Below, piece by piece: positions 8,390-16,517 of a stretch of 64,000 nt of DNA (positions are counted from its first letter, which is position 1; every line of letters begins with the position of its first letter). A program made the position numbers and the translations under genes. The stretch lies in contig JAFVUB010000009.1 of NCBI GenBank assembly GCA_017502915.1, positions 6,232-70,231 of the forward strand, given 5' to 3'. The notes under the pieces are model-generated. The model saw only the letters and a list, made by a program, of their open reading frames with translations, was not told where the DNA came from and did no database searches. The stretch is from Clostridia bacterium. Lineage in GTDB: Bacteria > Bacillota > Clostridia > Oscillospirales > CAG-272.

Positions 8390-8417
8390 GCAAGTTCAAG
8401 TCTTGTCACTCAGACCA
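8390..8417 (+). other. tRNA 3' fragment (T-arm, acceptor 3' strand and CCA); putative island attachment-site remnant
   Basis: gcaag-TTCAAGT-cttgt forms a canonical T-arm, with a G before the loop, a TTCRANY loop and a C after it. It is followed by the 7 nt cactcag, a, then CCA. No complementary 5' acceptor strand (ctgagtg) or anticodon arm lies upstream, so this is not an intact tRNA. Confidence 0.45.
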
Positions 8418-8456
8418 AAAAAGCATTGGAAACACTACGTTTTCCAATGCTTTTTT
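8417..8456 (+). terminator. A-tract / 12 bp stem / T-tract hairpin (terminator-like); repeat family copy 1
   Basis: aagcattggaaa (8421-8432) pairs with tttccaatgctt (8441-8452), flanked by A and T runs. It is nearly identical to 19245-19285. Confidence 0.65.
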
Positions 8457-8832
8457 CTTATCCTGTTACGCAGTTTTTCGCCGACTGCTACACAATTTGC
8501 TACGCAGCTGAAGGTCAGCTGCCGACATATTCAAAATTCGTAGCGCACCGCAAGACCGAACGAACGACCTTCTATGTAGCGCAGCCCTGACGTCAGGGCT
8601 CTACTTTTGGTACTGCTTCGGGGAGTGCTACACAAGCCCCCTAAAATTGTTAACTTTTTGTTAGTAAATCATATAAGTTAAAATCGCAGAACTCATTTCT
8701 GAATTCTGCGATTTTTTGATCCCTATAAAACCCTATAAAAAATGATATCAGTTTTTGTTGATTTGCCAAAAGGAACTCGTTACCAAACTTTTTAAGTGTC
8801 CTTTAAGCTCACTTACGAAATTGTATGACAAA

Positions 8833-8876
8833 TAAAAACAGCCTCAAATGCAGATATAGCATTTGAGGCTGTTTTT
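8833..8876. terminator. Bidirectional terminator hairpin downstream of the 8905..11103 gene
   Basis: The sequence is aaaaacagcctcaaatgc...gcatttgaggctgtttttt. The stem is flanked by A and T runs. Confidence 0.65.
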
Positions 8877-8904
8877 TATATTTCTTATTTCTTTTTTCTG
8901 CGTT

Positions 8905-11103
8905 TTACGGCAGCGTCACCTTGAATATGCGATCGGTCGGAGCAATTTCCTTACCGTCATGGAAGCACAAAGCACCCGATTCGTACAAAACGTAGAGTGC
9001 GCCGTCGTATACCGAAAGTCCCTGCGACATCGACATAGTAACGTAGCTCTCACCTTCAGCTTTAGAGTCGAGGAACCAAACGGGAACGCTCTTTCCGTTG
9101 AGAGTAACGGTGGTGTGCGCGGGCTCCTTGGTAACGTTATCGTAAACAATAAGCGTTGAGTTCACCTTATTTCCATACGAACGGCTAAGCACTATTTTAT
9201 CACCGATAACCGTAAAACCCTGGAACTTTTGATCTATCGAGAGTACTATATCCGGAGTTGCATACTGCATTCCGTCAACATACGCATCTTTGGCAAGTCC
9301 GCTCTCGGTTTCGTCGGTTATTATGTAGCCTACACACCAAGCTCCGTACTTTTTACCGTCACGGTTTGTCATATGGCGCCAGGTGGGGGTTGCATATTCG
9401 CTGTCGTTCGGAATATAAAAATCGCCAACCCACAGTATTCCGTCGGAATAGTTACAGAAGGACGCACGCGTCGGTACAGGAATTTCTTCCACAATTTTAA
9501 TCGTTGCCTGAAGTCCGTCTTCTTCAAAGGCAGATAACGGTATTCTGAAAAGCTTCTCCTCGGACGCTATAAACACGTTATCCTCGGTTACGGCAACACC
9601 GCCGGCATGGCTTGTGTGCTTTGAGCCGTCAACGTTTAAGATGCGATATTCGCCTACCTTTTTCCCGGTTTTTACATTAACCGTCAAAATCACAGACGTA
9701 TCGGAATAGGTATAATCCTTAAAATATCCGGAGATAAAGATAAGCTCTTTTTCTTCAGAAATATCCATTCCCTGAGGAATGAAGCCTTGCTTAAGACCGG
9801 GAACTACGGCGTCGGGCGTTGCGATGGCATTGAATTTGCTGTACGCAGGCTTCGTATATTTGTTGGTCGAAACGGTTCTATCCTGCGAGAAGACAAAGTC
9901 GTAGGCATATTTCGCTTCTTCATCATCGGGATCGATAGCCATTTCATTAGGAAGAACCTCGAAATGAACCGTTCCGTCAAGTCGGGTTGCATCCGCAAAC
10001 TCAAAAACGTCTTCCTCGGGATTTTCTACCTTTTCAACGTCGATAACGAATTCGTCACCTGCGGTTACAAAAACGTCTGCCACAGAGAAATAGGTCTCAG
10101 TTCCGGGCTTCGATCTCTTGTCGCCGATCACATAGGGGAACACGTATCTGTCTGCTGCTACATCACCCGTATAAACGATTTCTCCGTTTTTAACCTTTGC
10201 GGTATAAAGAAGATTTGGGTCGCTGTTGTCGGCGTCGTATATAACCTTGTACGAGGAAAGCTTAACTCCGTCAACGTAAAGAGTTGCAATAACGTCGTGC
10301 TTTACACTTCCGCTTACGATACGAGAGGTCTGATGAAGCTGAATTCCGATTCTGTGCCAACCGTAGTCGCCTATCATCGGGTAATCGTCCTCGGTCGCCG
10401 TGACCTTAAGTCCGTCGGGAATAGAAGGACCGTATATTATCTGCGTGTTGTTATCCGACTCAAATCCGCCGGCATACTGACACCACATCTTAGAGCCAAT
10501 ATCATCTACAAGAAGCAGATGATACGGGGTTTTTCTTGTGCCGCTGGTATTGCCACTGCTATCGCAGAGCATACCGAAATAAAGATAGTACGCGCCTGCC
10601 GAGTTGTTATTATTCGCAAGAGTTTCGTTCCAAAGGAAGGAAAGCTCTACGAAAAGGTCGTTGCCGTCCGGATCGTCTGCTGTGGGATAAAAATGCTTAT
10701 CTCCGAGAACGTCGGTCTTAATGTTAACCTTTTCAGTATGCTTGTTTGAAGCGTTTTCGTCAAAAATTGCGCTCTGGGGAACGGTTTCACTAAGAACTAC
10801 GCTTATTTCCTCGTGACAGCTGTCGCATTCGCCCGTCTTTGTGCCCTTGCTGAACGCCGTAGGACGAACTATTGTATCAAACGTTACACTTTCGTGATAA
10901 CAAGCTCCGGGCGTTTCGGGTGTTTCCGGCGTTTCGGGAGAGGCGGACGTTTCCGAGTCTTCCGATGTTTCCGATGTTTCCGGGGCTTCCGATGCTTCCG
11001 GCGCTTTTGGCGTTTCCTGTTTGTTACATCCAACCACCGCAAGCATCACCGACAGTGTCAACAGAGCTACCATAAATGCACATAAAATTCTTTTAATCTT
11101 CAT
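8905..11103 (-). CDS. Lipoprotein of unknown function with an acidic S/T/E/P-rich linker
   Basis: Trimmed to the ATG at 11103, preceded by an AGGAGA RBS. The N-terminus MKIKRILCAFMVALLTLSVMLAVVGC is a signal peptide with a lipobox. The linker reads PEASEAPETSETSEDSETSASPETPETPETP. I do not recognise a family for the large C-terminal part. Confidence 0.6.
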   Translation of the reverse strand: MKIKRILCAFMVALLTLSVMLAVVGCNKQETPKAPEASEAPETSETSEDSETSASPETPETPETPGACYHESVTFDTIVRPTAFSKGTKTGECDSCHEEISVVLSETVPQSAIFDENASNKHTEKVNIKTDVLGDKHFYPTADDPDGNDLFVELSFLWNETLANNNNSAGAYYLYFGMLCDSSGNTSGTRKTPYHLLLVDDIGSKMWCQYAGGFESDNNTQIIYGPSIPDGLKVTATEDDYPMIGDYGWHRIGIQLHQTSRIVSGSVKHDVIATLYVDGVKLSSYKVIYDADNSDPNLLYTAKVKNGEIVYTGDVAADRYVFPYVIGDKRSKPGTETYFSVADVFVTAGDEFVIDVEKVENPEEDVFEFADATRLDGTVHFEVLPNEMAIDPDDEEAKYAYDFVFSQDRTVSTNKYTKPAYSKFNAIATPDAVVPGLKQGFIPQGMDISEEKELIFISGYFKDYTYSDTSVILTVNVKTGKKVGEYRILNVDGSKHTSHAGGVAVTEDNVFIASEEKLFRIPLSAFEEDGLQATIKIVEEIPVPTRASFCNYSDGILWVGDFYIPNDSEYATPTWRHMTNRDGKKYGAWCVGYIITDETESGLAKDAYVDGMQYATPDIVLSIDQKFQGFTVIGDKIVLSRSYGNKVNSTLIVYDNVTKEPAHTTVTLNGKSVPVWFLDSKAEGESYVTMSMSQGLSVYDGALYVLYESGALCFHDGKEIAPTDRIFKVTLP

Positions 11104-11239
11104 ATTGAAAATTCTCCTGCAAATTATATATGATCGCCGCATAAAATGCAGCAATTGATTTGCTCGTCAAAGCCATTTTCTGTATGATTATTATATCATA
11201 ATATGCAGATATCCTGCAAGGATCACGATACGTTTCTTG

Positions 11240-12982
11240 TTATTTATTAAGCTTAACATCTATATAGATGGGGCAATGATCGGAGGCATTGAGCGCTGTA
11301 TTGCAGGTCAATCTGTTATAGAACAGCACTTCCTGTCCGGGAGATACCGCGATATGGTCGATACACAGCTTATCGCCGGGGACAGATGATCCCAGCGTAT
11401 GCGTTGTCCTTCCTGCGTTGACTATTTTTTTAGCCTTATATTTGGGATCGGTCATCTTCGTTGCCTTCAGAAAATCGTCAAACAGGTCTTCCTCATTACT
11501 GTTATAGTCTCCGGTTGCAAATATGGGCAGCTTATACTTTTCATAAAGGTCGTTTATGAGCTTGGCATTCTCTCCACACTGCACCTGACGCTTATCGTCT
11601 GTTATATCCCAGTGTGTGCAGGTGACGATATATTCCGCCCCGTCTGACTTACGGCGGAAGCGCGCCCACGTAAGGTTACGCATACTGTCACTGTTTCGAA
11701 CACTATACAGTGTGGTCTTACACTCGATCAGCTCGGTGGTGTGAATATTATACATAAGAGTAGAATAGTTGACCTTACCGCCGGGAACCTTATAGCTTGC
11801 GAATTTATACACTCCGTCAAGCCGAGACTCAAGCAGCGAGTACCACAGTTGAGTAGTTTCCTGAAGACCGATAACGTCGGGCAGGTACGAAAGAATGATC
11901 TCAGAGGTGTTTTTATCGCGACCGGGCAGAGTTGCCGCTGCCTTGTCGTCCCACAGCTCTGCAAGAACGTTGAAGGACATTATGCGAAGATCTGCGCCCT
12001 CGGCAAGCGTGGGGTCATACGAGCCCTTGAGGGCGACGTTACTCGAAACAACATTATCGTAAGCTTCCGGAATGCGGACGGTGTTGCTATAGACTCCGGA
12101 CATGAAGGTGGATTCAAACTTGTCAACGGCGAGAGAAGTTGCCGTTTCAGCGCAAGATCCGATAATTATTTTCTGACCGACTACTTTGATAGCATATCCA
12201 AGACCTGACATATCTTTCACGTGCACAGATTCCTCTCTGGACGTAAATCCTATAATAATTTCCTTGGGAGAAACGGCAGTGCTGTCGTCAACGCAATTGA
12301 GTTTTACACCGCAGTAACTCTCGATATCTGCAGCAAACTCCTTGGCGCAATTCATCATATACGAATCTCCCTTTGCATATACTATCCGATATTCGCTTAG
12401 CTGCTCTGGAGAAGAGATAAGATCGCGGATACCTGAATTCGAAACGGATTCACTTTTGAGCTTAATCACTTTGTTTGTTCCTTCGCCCTCGGCTGTAATT
12501 AAGTTGTTGATCAAATAGTCGACGGCTTCTTTGAGCGTTTTTTCGGAATGAGCTGCGATGACCACCTTGTTTCCGATCTTTTTTATGGCAAAATCGGAAT
12601 ATGCAACATCCTTAACAGCCTCTGCGGACTCCGGGCGATTTGTGTTGGCAATCAGTATTTCAAGCGCATTGGGATCGGGCTCCATACCGGCTTTAAGAAA
12701 ATCTGTTTTTGTGTTGACCTTATTGATGTCGGTCATTTCGTCGATCGCCTTTTGAAAATCGGAAACGATGTCGATAACAGCCCTTGGGGCCTTCACAGCA
12801 TACGTAATGACATACGAGGTGCTTTCGTCAAACAACACCAGATCGACCGGCTGCTCGGAAGCCGGAGGCTCCTCGGCAGACGTATTCGTATCACCGGGTG
12901 TAACGACTGTTGTAGGGGCGCAGGATGCCAATGCGATCACTACAAGCAACAGCGCTATTGCGATTTTAAGTTTCGATTTCAT
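11240..12982 (-). CDS. Lipoprotein with a C-terminal endonuclease/exonuclease/phosphatase (EEP) domain
   Basis: Lipobox in MKSKLKIAIALLLVVIALASC. EEP motifs seen: LRIMSFNVL, IGLQETT, DHIAVS and SDHCPIYIDVKL. Confidence 0.7.
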   Translation of the reverse strand: MKSKLKIAIALLLVVIALASCAPTTVVTPGDTNTSAEEPPASEQPVDLVLFDESTSYVITYAVKAPRAVIDIVSDFQKAIDEMTDINKVNTKTDFLKAGMEPDPNALEILIANTNRPESAEAVKDVAYSDFAIKKIGNKVVIAAHSEKTLKEAVDYLINNLITAEGEGTNKVIKLKSESVSNSGIRDLISSPEQLSEYRIVYAKGDSYMMNCAKEFAADIESYCGVKLNCVDDSTAVSPKEIIIGFTSREESVHVKDMSGLGYAIKVVGQKIIIGSCAETATSLAVDKFESTFMSGVYSNTVRIPEAYDNVVSSNVALKGSYDPTLAEGADLRIMSFNVLAELWDDKAAATLPGRDKNTSEIILSYLPDVIGLQETTQLWYSLLESRLDGVYKFASYKVPGGKVNYSTLMYNIHTTELIECKTTLYSVRNSDSMRNLTWARFRRKSDGAEYIVTCTHWDITDDKRQVQCGENAKLINDLYEKYKLPIFATGDYNSNEEDLFDDFLKATKMTDPKYKAKKIVNAGRTTHTLGSSVPGDKLCIDHIAVSPGQEVLFYNRLTCNTALNASDHCPIYIDVKLNK

Positions 12983-13043
12983 ATTCTCCTCCGAATTTTT
13001 TGTTCAAATATTTTACCTCAAATCAAAATTCCATTACAATGAT

Positions 13044-13175
13044 CTACTTCATGCTGAATAATATGTGCGCCATCGGCGTATCAAGCAAGTCGTGTGCGAC
13101 CTGCAAATCTTCTCTCGTTGAGACCTCCGAATTTCCAGCAAGGAAGAGGGGGTCGTGCATAAGCTTTTTAATCAT
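13044..13175 (-). pseudogene. Possible N-terminal remnant of a peptide-deformylase-like gene
   Basis: My translation gives a 43-codon ORF: MIKKLMHDPLFLAGNSEVSTREDLQVAHDLLDTPMAHILFSMK. It resembles the N-termini of Firmicutes Def-like proteins (D-x-x-FL ... DLLDT), but the catalytic part is missing. Confidence 0.3.
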
Positions 13176-13389
13176 TTATTATTCCTTCCATTTCAACATC
13201 TGTGCGAAATACAAAAACGTGGACACTAAACCTAAAGCCAACAGCCCTATAGAACAGGACGCTACAATCAAACACCATTTGCCAGAAAGCGGAATCGTAC
13301 TGTCAACGGAAGAACAATATTAACCATTGAAATCTGAAGCCCCAATACCATTGCCGCCACTTCTTTCTAACCGTCAAATTGAAAATTGT

Positions 13390-13911
13390 TTATTTCAATC
13401 CGCAAATCGAATACAGTTCTTCAATGCACGGGGTTTTGTATTGAATGTATTTATCTATATCGTCAGAGAACAACTCGGCTGCTTTTTCCTTTACTAAACT
13501 GTATTTCTTAACAGCTTCGGCGTTATGCCGAAGAAAATCCCTAAACGTAATGTGACGGTGTAATTCCTCGGAATACTGAGGACACACATACAAATGGTGC
13601 ATCATCAAATGCGGTTTATCCGTATATTTGAATGCCTCTCTGTCCTTTATTCCAAGATCGCCCTCGTGAATATATCCAATCGCTCCGAGCTTTCTGACAA
13701 TCTCATCAAACACCAAATAATCCTTTATAACAACGTCTATGTCAATGCAAGGCTTGGCGGACAAGCCTTCGACAGACGTGCTTCCAATATGTTCAATACC
13801 CAGGATCAAATCACCGATTTCAGCTTCAAGCGCGTTCTTGATTTCTTCAAAAGCCTTTTTCCACGCTTCATCATAAGGTACAACCACGACTCTTTTCGTT
13901 CGCATCTGCAA
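13390..13911 (-). CDS. GrpB-family protein
   Basis: 173 aa. The sequences VVVPYDEAWKKAFEE and IEHIGSTSVEGLSAKPCIDIDVVI are typical of GrpB. Confidence 0.75.
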   Translation of the reverse strand: MQMRTKRVVVVPYDEAWKKAFEEIKNALEAEIGDLILGIEHIGSTSVEGLSAKPCIDIDVVIKDYLVFDEIVRKLGAIGYIHEGDLGIKDREAFKYTDKPHLMMHHLYVCPQYSEELHRHITFRDFLRHNAEAVKKYSLVKEKAAELFSDDIDKYIQYKTPCIEELYSICGLK

Positions 13912-14080
13912 TCCTCGTCCAATTCTTATTTATCGATCGCTTTACTTCAACGTTACAGCGCAACCTTGGTGACGCTTCCATATTTATTATATCATAACTT
14001 TCGTTTCTTTTCAAGCATATAACGTAAAGAAAACGAGCGCCCACAGCCAAACCGGCTGTGGGCGCTCGATTGTTTTTTAG

Positions 14081-16468
14081 TCAGATCAATTCAAGCAGGC
14101 AATTTCTGACCGCCTCGTCCATCTCGGTCTCGTTGACCGCCGCTGCGCTGTCTATCTCCGGGTCGCAGATCTGTTTCCAGATCTTGCGCTTCACATCGTA
14201 AGACATCTGCGCTCTCTCAAGCACATCATAGATACGCTGCTTTCGGTTATCGGTCAGGGTGACGCTCTGCAAGGAAACGGCGATCTCACTCGTGACCTCC
14301 ACGTCGGGGATCTTGACCGTCAGACGCTTGAGGTCATCGTCGTAAGAGGTCTGAACGTCGACTGCATTGCCGTCAACCGTCACACTCACGCCACTGTTTT
14401 CAACCGAGCAGAACACGAGACTCCAGCATCTCTTTTCGGGAATGACCGAAAGATTGCCGCTTGCCTTGCCGACGGTGAATTTGCCGTCTGCATAGCAAAG
14501 CTCGGTGGAGACCCAATTCCCGTCCTTATCCTCGGGGGTATCGCCCTCGTCCTCCCACAGGGTGAAGCTGCCGCTATCGGCAGGAAAGACCAACACGTCA
14601 AGCGCGGCGGGGTTTTTAACGGTATTGCTGTATTCGGTCATATCGGTCATCGGAACGATAGCTCCCGCCTTCATCAAAACGGGAATATCGTCCACGCTTC
14701 TATACAGGTCGGTCACCTTACCGCCCGTGTAGACCGTGCCGTTGAACATATCGCACCAAAGACCCTCGGGCAGCCAGGTAGAAGCCTTTGCGGCTTTTGA
14801 TACGTTATCTATCTGCGAGGTGACAGGGGAGACGATAAGCTCAGAGCCGAAATAGTATTCGTTGGGAACGTTGTACGCTTCCTCTCTCTCGGGCTCGGCG
14901 TAGTACATCGGCTGAATGAGCGGCAGAGCGTTTCGGCTTGCCGCTCTGTTCATCGTGTAAAGATAGGGGATCATTGCGTGGCGCAATCGGAGATATCTGT
15001 TCATCACGTTTCGCGTGACGTCGTTGTATCTCCACGGCTCCTTTCCCGAGAAGGGGTTGTTCGAGCTGTGCAGACGGTTGATGGGGGAGAACACTCCGTA
15101 TTGAACCCAACGCGCCATCATTTCGTCGTCACGCTCGCCCCACATGTGTCCCCCGATGTCGTGGCTCCACCAGCCGTAGCCGATGTTGCTTGCGGTGTTT
15201 GTGAAGTAGGGCTGATAATCAAGGCTCTTCCAGGTGATCGACGTATCGCCCGAAAATCCGATGGGATATCGGTGGCTACCCACGCCGGCATAACGCGAGA
15301 AGGTCATCGGGCGCGTGCCCTTATGTGAGCTGTCAAGGTAGTGGAAATGGTTCAGTATCCAAAGCGGATCAAGACCCTCCATCTTGGAATTTGTTCCCTG
15401 CTGCCAATCGATCCACCAGAAATCAACGCCCTCTTTTTCAAGCTCGTGACAAAGAACGTCGAAATAGATCTTCATAAATTCGGGGCTGGACGGATCGAAT
15501 TCCACCGTTTTCTCGCTTGCGGGGTCGATGCCCATCGCCCTTGCCATCTTGGGATATATCTCCTCAAAAGCACGCACGCCGTCGGCAGGATGCACGTTGA
15601 GCGTGACCTTCATGTTCTTATCGTGCAGCCACCTCATAAAGCGCTCGGGATCGGGGAAAAACTTTCGGTTCCAGGTATATCCCGTCCAGCCGCGATCGTT
15701 ACCGCCGTACTTGGGATCAACGTCGTCCACAAGATGCCAATCCATATCTATAACGGCAACCGAGAAGGGCAGCCTTTCACGCTCAAAGCGGTTCATAAGC
15801 GCCATATATTCTTCCTCGGTGTAGCGATAATATCTGCTCCACCAGTTACCGAACGCGTATCTCGGAAGAAGGGGCGTTTTGCCGCACAGGTGATAAAAAT
15901 CCGAAAGAGCTTCCCTATATCTGTGACCGTAGCCGAAGAAATACAGATCGGTGCAGACCTTTCTCGGCTCTACGAAGCCCTCGTCGGTCAACGCCATCGA
16001 GGCGCTGTCGTCGATGACCGAAAAGCCCTCTCTCGACAGAACGCCCGTTCCAAGCTCGATCTTGACGCGGCTCTTATCCTCTGTAATATATTCGTCGCCG
16101 TCCACACGGTCAAGCGTTCTGTACGTACCCTTGAGGTCATTGAGCTTCTGACCGTAATTCCATACGGCCCCCTCGATCTCCTTCACCCTGACCGTCAAGC
16201 CGTCCTCGGAGAAGGGCTTTTCGTCGTAGGTCAGGATCAGTCTTTCGGTTTCCACGACCAGACCGTTTGCATTCCTTTCGACGCTGTACGGCACCGCCGT
16301 AAAATCTCTGTTTATGACCGACTGGGTCGCTCTGTCCTCAAACTCGCCCGTATTACTGTACTCGAGGCGAAGAAGCGAGGGCGTCAGCACCGTGATACGG
16401 TACTTATCTCCCTTGATGACCGACTCGTCCTTGCCGGCTCCGTGGGTCTTGAAGTTATATCTTTTCAT
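14081..16468 (-). CDS. Glycoside hydrolase family 31 (alpha-glycosidase, alpha-xylosidase-like)
   Basis: 795 aa. GH31-type motifs: VIDMDWH, DFWWIDWQQG, GFSGDT and WSHDIGGH. Confidence 0.75.
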   Translation of the reverse strand: MKRYNFKTHGAGKDESVIKGDKYRITVLTPSLLRLEYSNTGEFEDRATQSVINRDFTAVPYSVERNANGLVVETERLILTYDEKPFSEDGLTVRVKEIEGAVWNYGQKLNDLKGTYRTLDRVDGDEYITEDKSRVKIELGTGVLSREGFSVIDDSASMALTDEGFVEPRKVCTDLYFFGYGHRYREALSDFYHLCGKTPLLPRYAFGNWWSRYYRYTEEEYMALMNRFERERLPFSVAVIDMDWHLVDDVDPKYGGNDRGWTGYTWNRKFFPDPERFMRWLHDKNMKVTLNVHPADGVRAFEEIYPKMARAMGIDPASEKTVEFDPSSPEFMKIYFDVLCHELEKEGVDFWWIDWQQGTNSKMEGLDPLWILNHFHYLDSSHKGTRPMTFSRYAGVGSHRYPIGFSGDTSITWKSLDYQPYFTNTASNIGYGWWSHDIGGHMWGERDDEMMARWVQYGVFSPINRLHSSNNPFSGKEPWRYNDVTRNVMNRYLRLRHAMIPYLYTMNRAASRNALPLIQPMYYAEPEREEAYNVPNEYYFGSELIVSPVTSQIDNVSKAAKASTWLPEGLWCDMFNGTVYTGGKVTDLYRSVDDIPVLMKAGAIVPMTDMTEYSNTVKNPAALDVLVFPADSGSFTLWEDEGDTPEDKDGNWVSTELCYADGKFTVGKASGNLSVIPEKRCWSLVFCSVENSGVSVTVDGNAVDVQTSYDDDLKRLTVKIPDVEVTSEIAVSLQSVTLTDNRKQRIYDVLERAQMSYDVKRKIWKQICDPEIDSAAAVNETEMDEAVRNCLLELI

Positions 16469-16517
16469 AATGTTATCTGCCTTTCTGAAGCATTATCCGG
16501 TCTCGGAGCTGACGGCG

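Larger units (their letters stand above)
1..8900. other. AT-rich accessory (defence) island, partial; left end lies outside the window
   Basis: The sequence is visibly AT-rich up to about 8.9 kb, then switches to GC-rich third-codon-position coding. Gene content is defence-type. A tRNA 3' fragment lies at 8390-8417. No integrase is present in the window. Confidence 0.55.

Noticed and set aside
8340-8417. Possible intact tRNA or tmRNA gene.
   Set aside because: Only the T-arm, acceptor 3' strand and CCA can be folded. No 5' acceptor strand (ctgagtg), D-arm or anticodon arm is present upstream. The acceptor end does not resemble the tmRNA 3' end. It is reported only as a fragment.
8079-8590. 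ORFs 8079..8345(-), 8143..8511(+) and 8378..8590(+) in the island junction.
   Set aside because: They are mutually overlapping, have no RBS and give odd compositions. One reads straight through the tRNA fragment and the terminator hairpin. I treat the region as non-coding.
13000-13323. A 107 aa plus-strand ORF between the EEP lipoprotein and GrpB genes.
   Set aside because: It has no RBS and an implausible composition. It overlaps the opposite-strand Def-like stump and lies in an AT-rich spacer.
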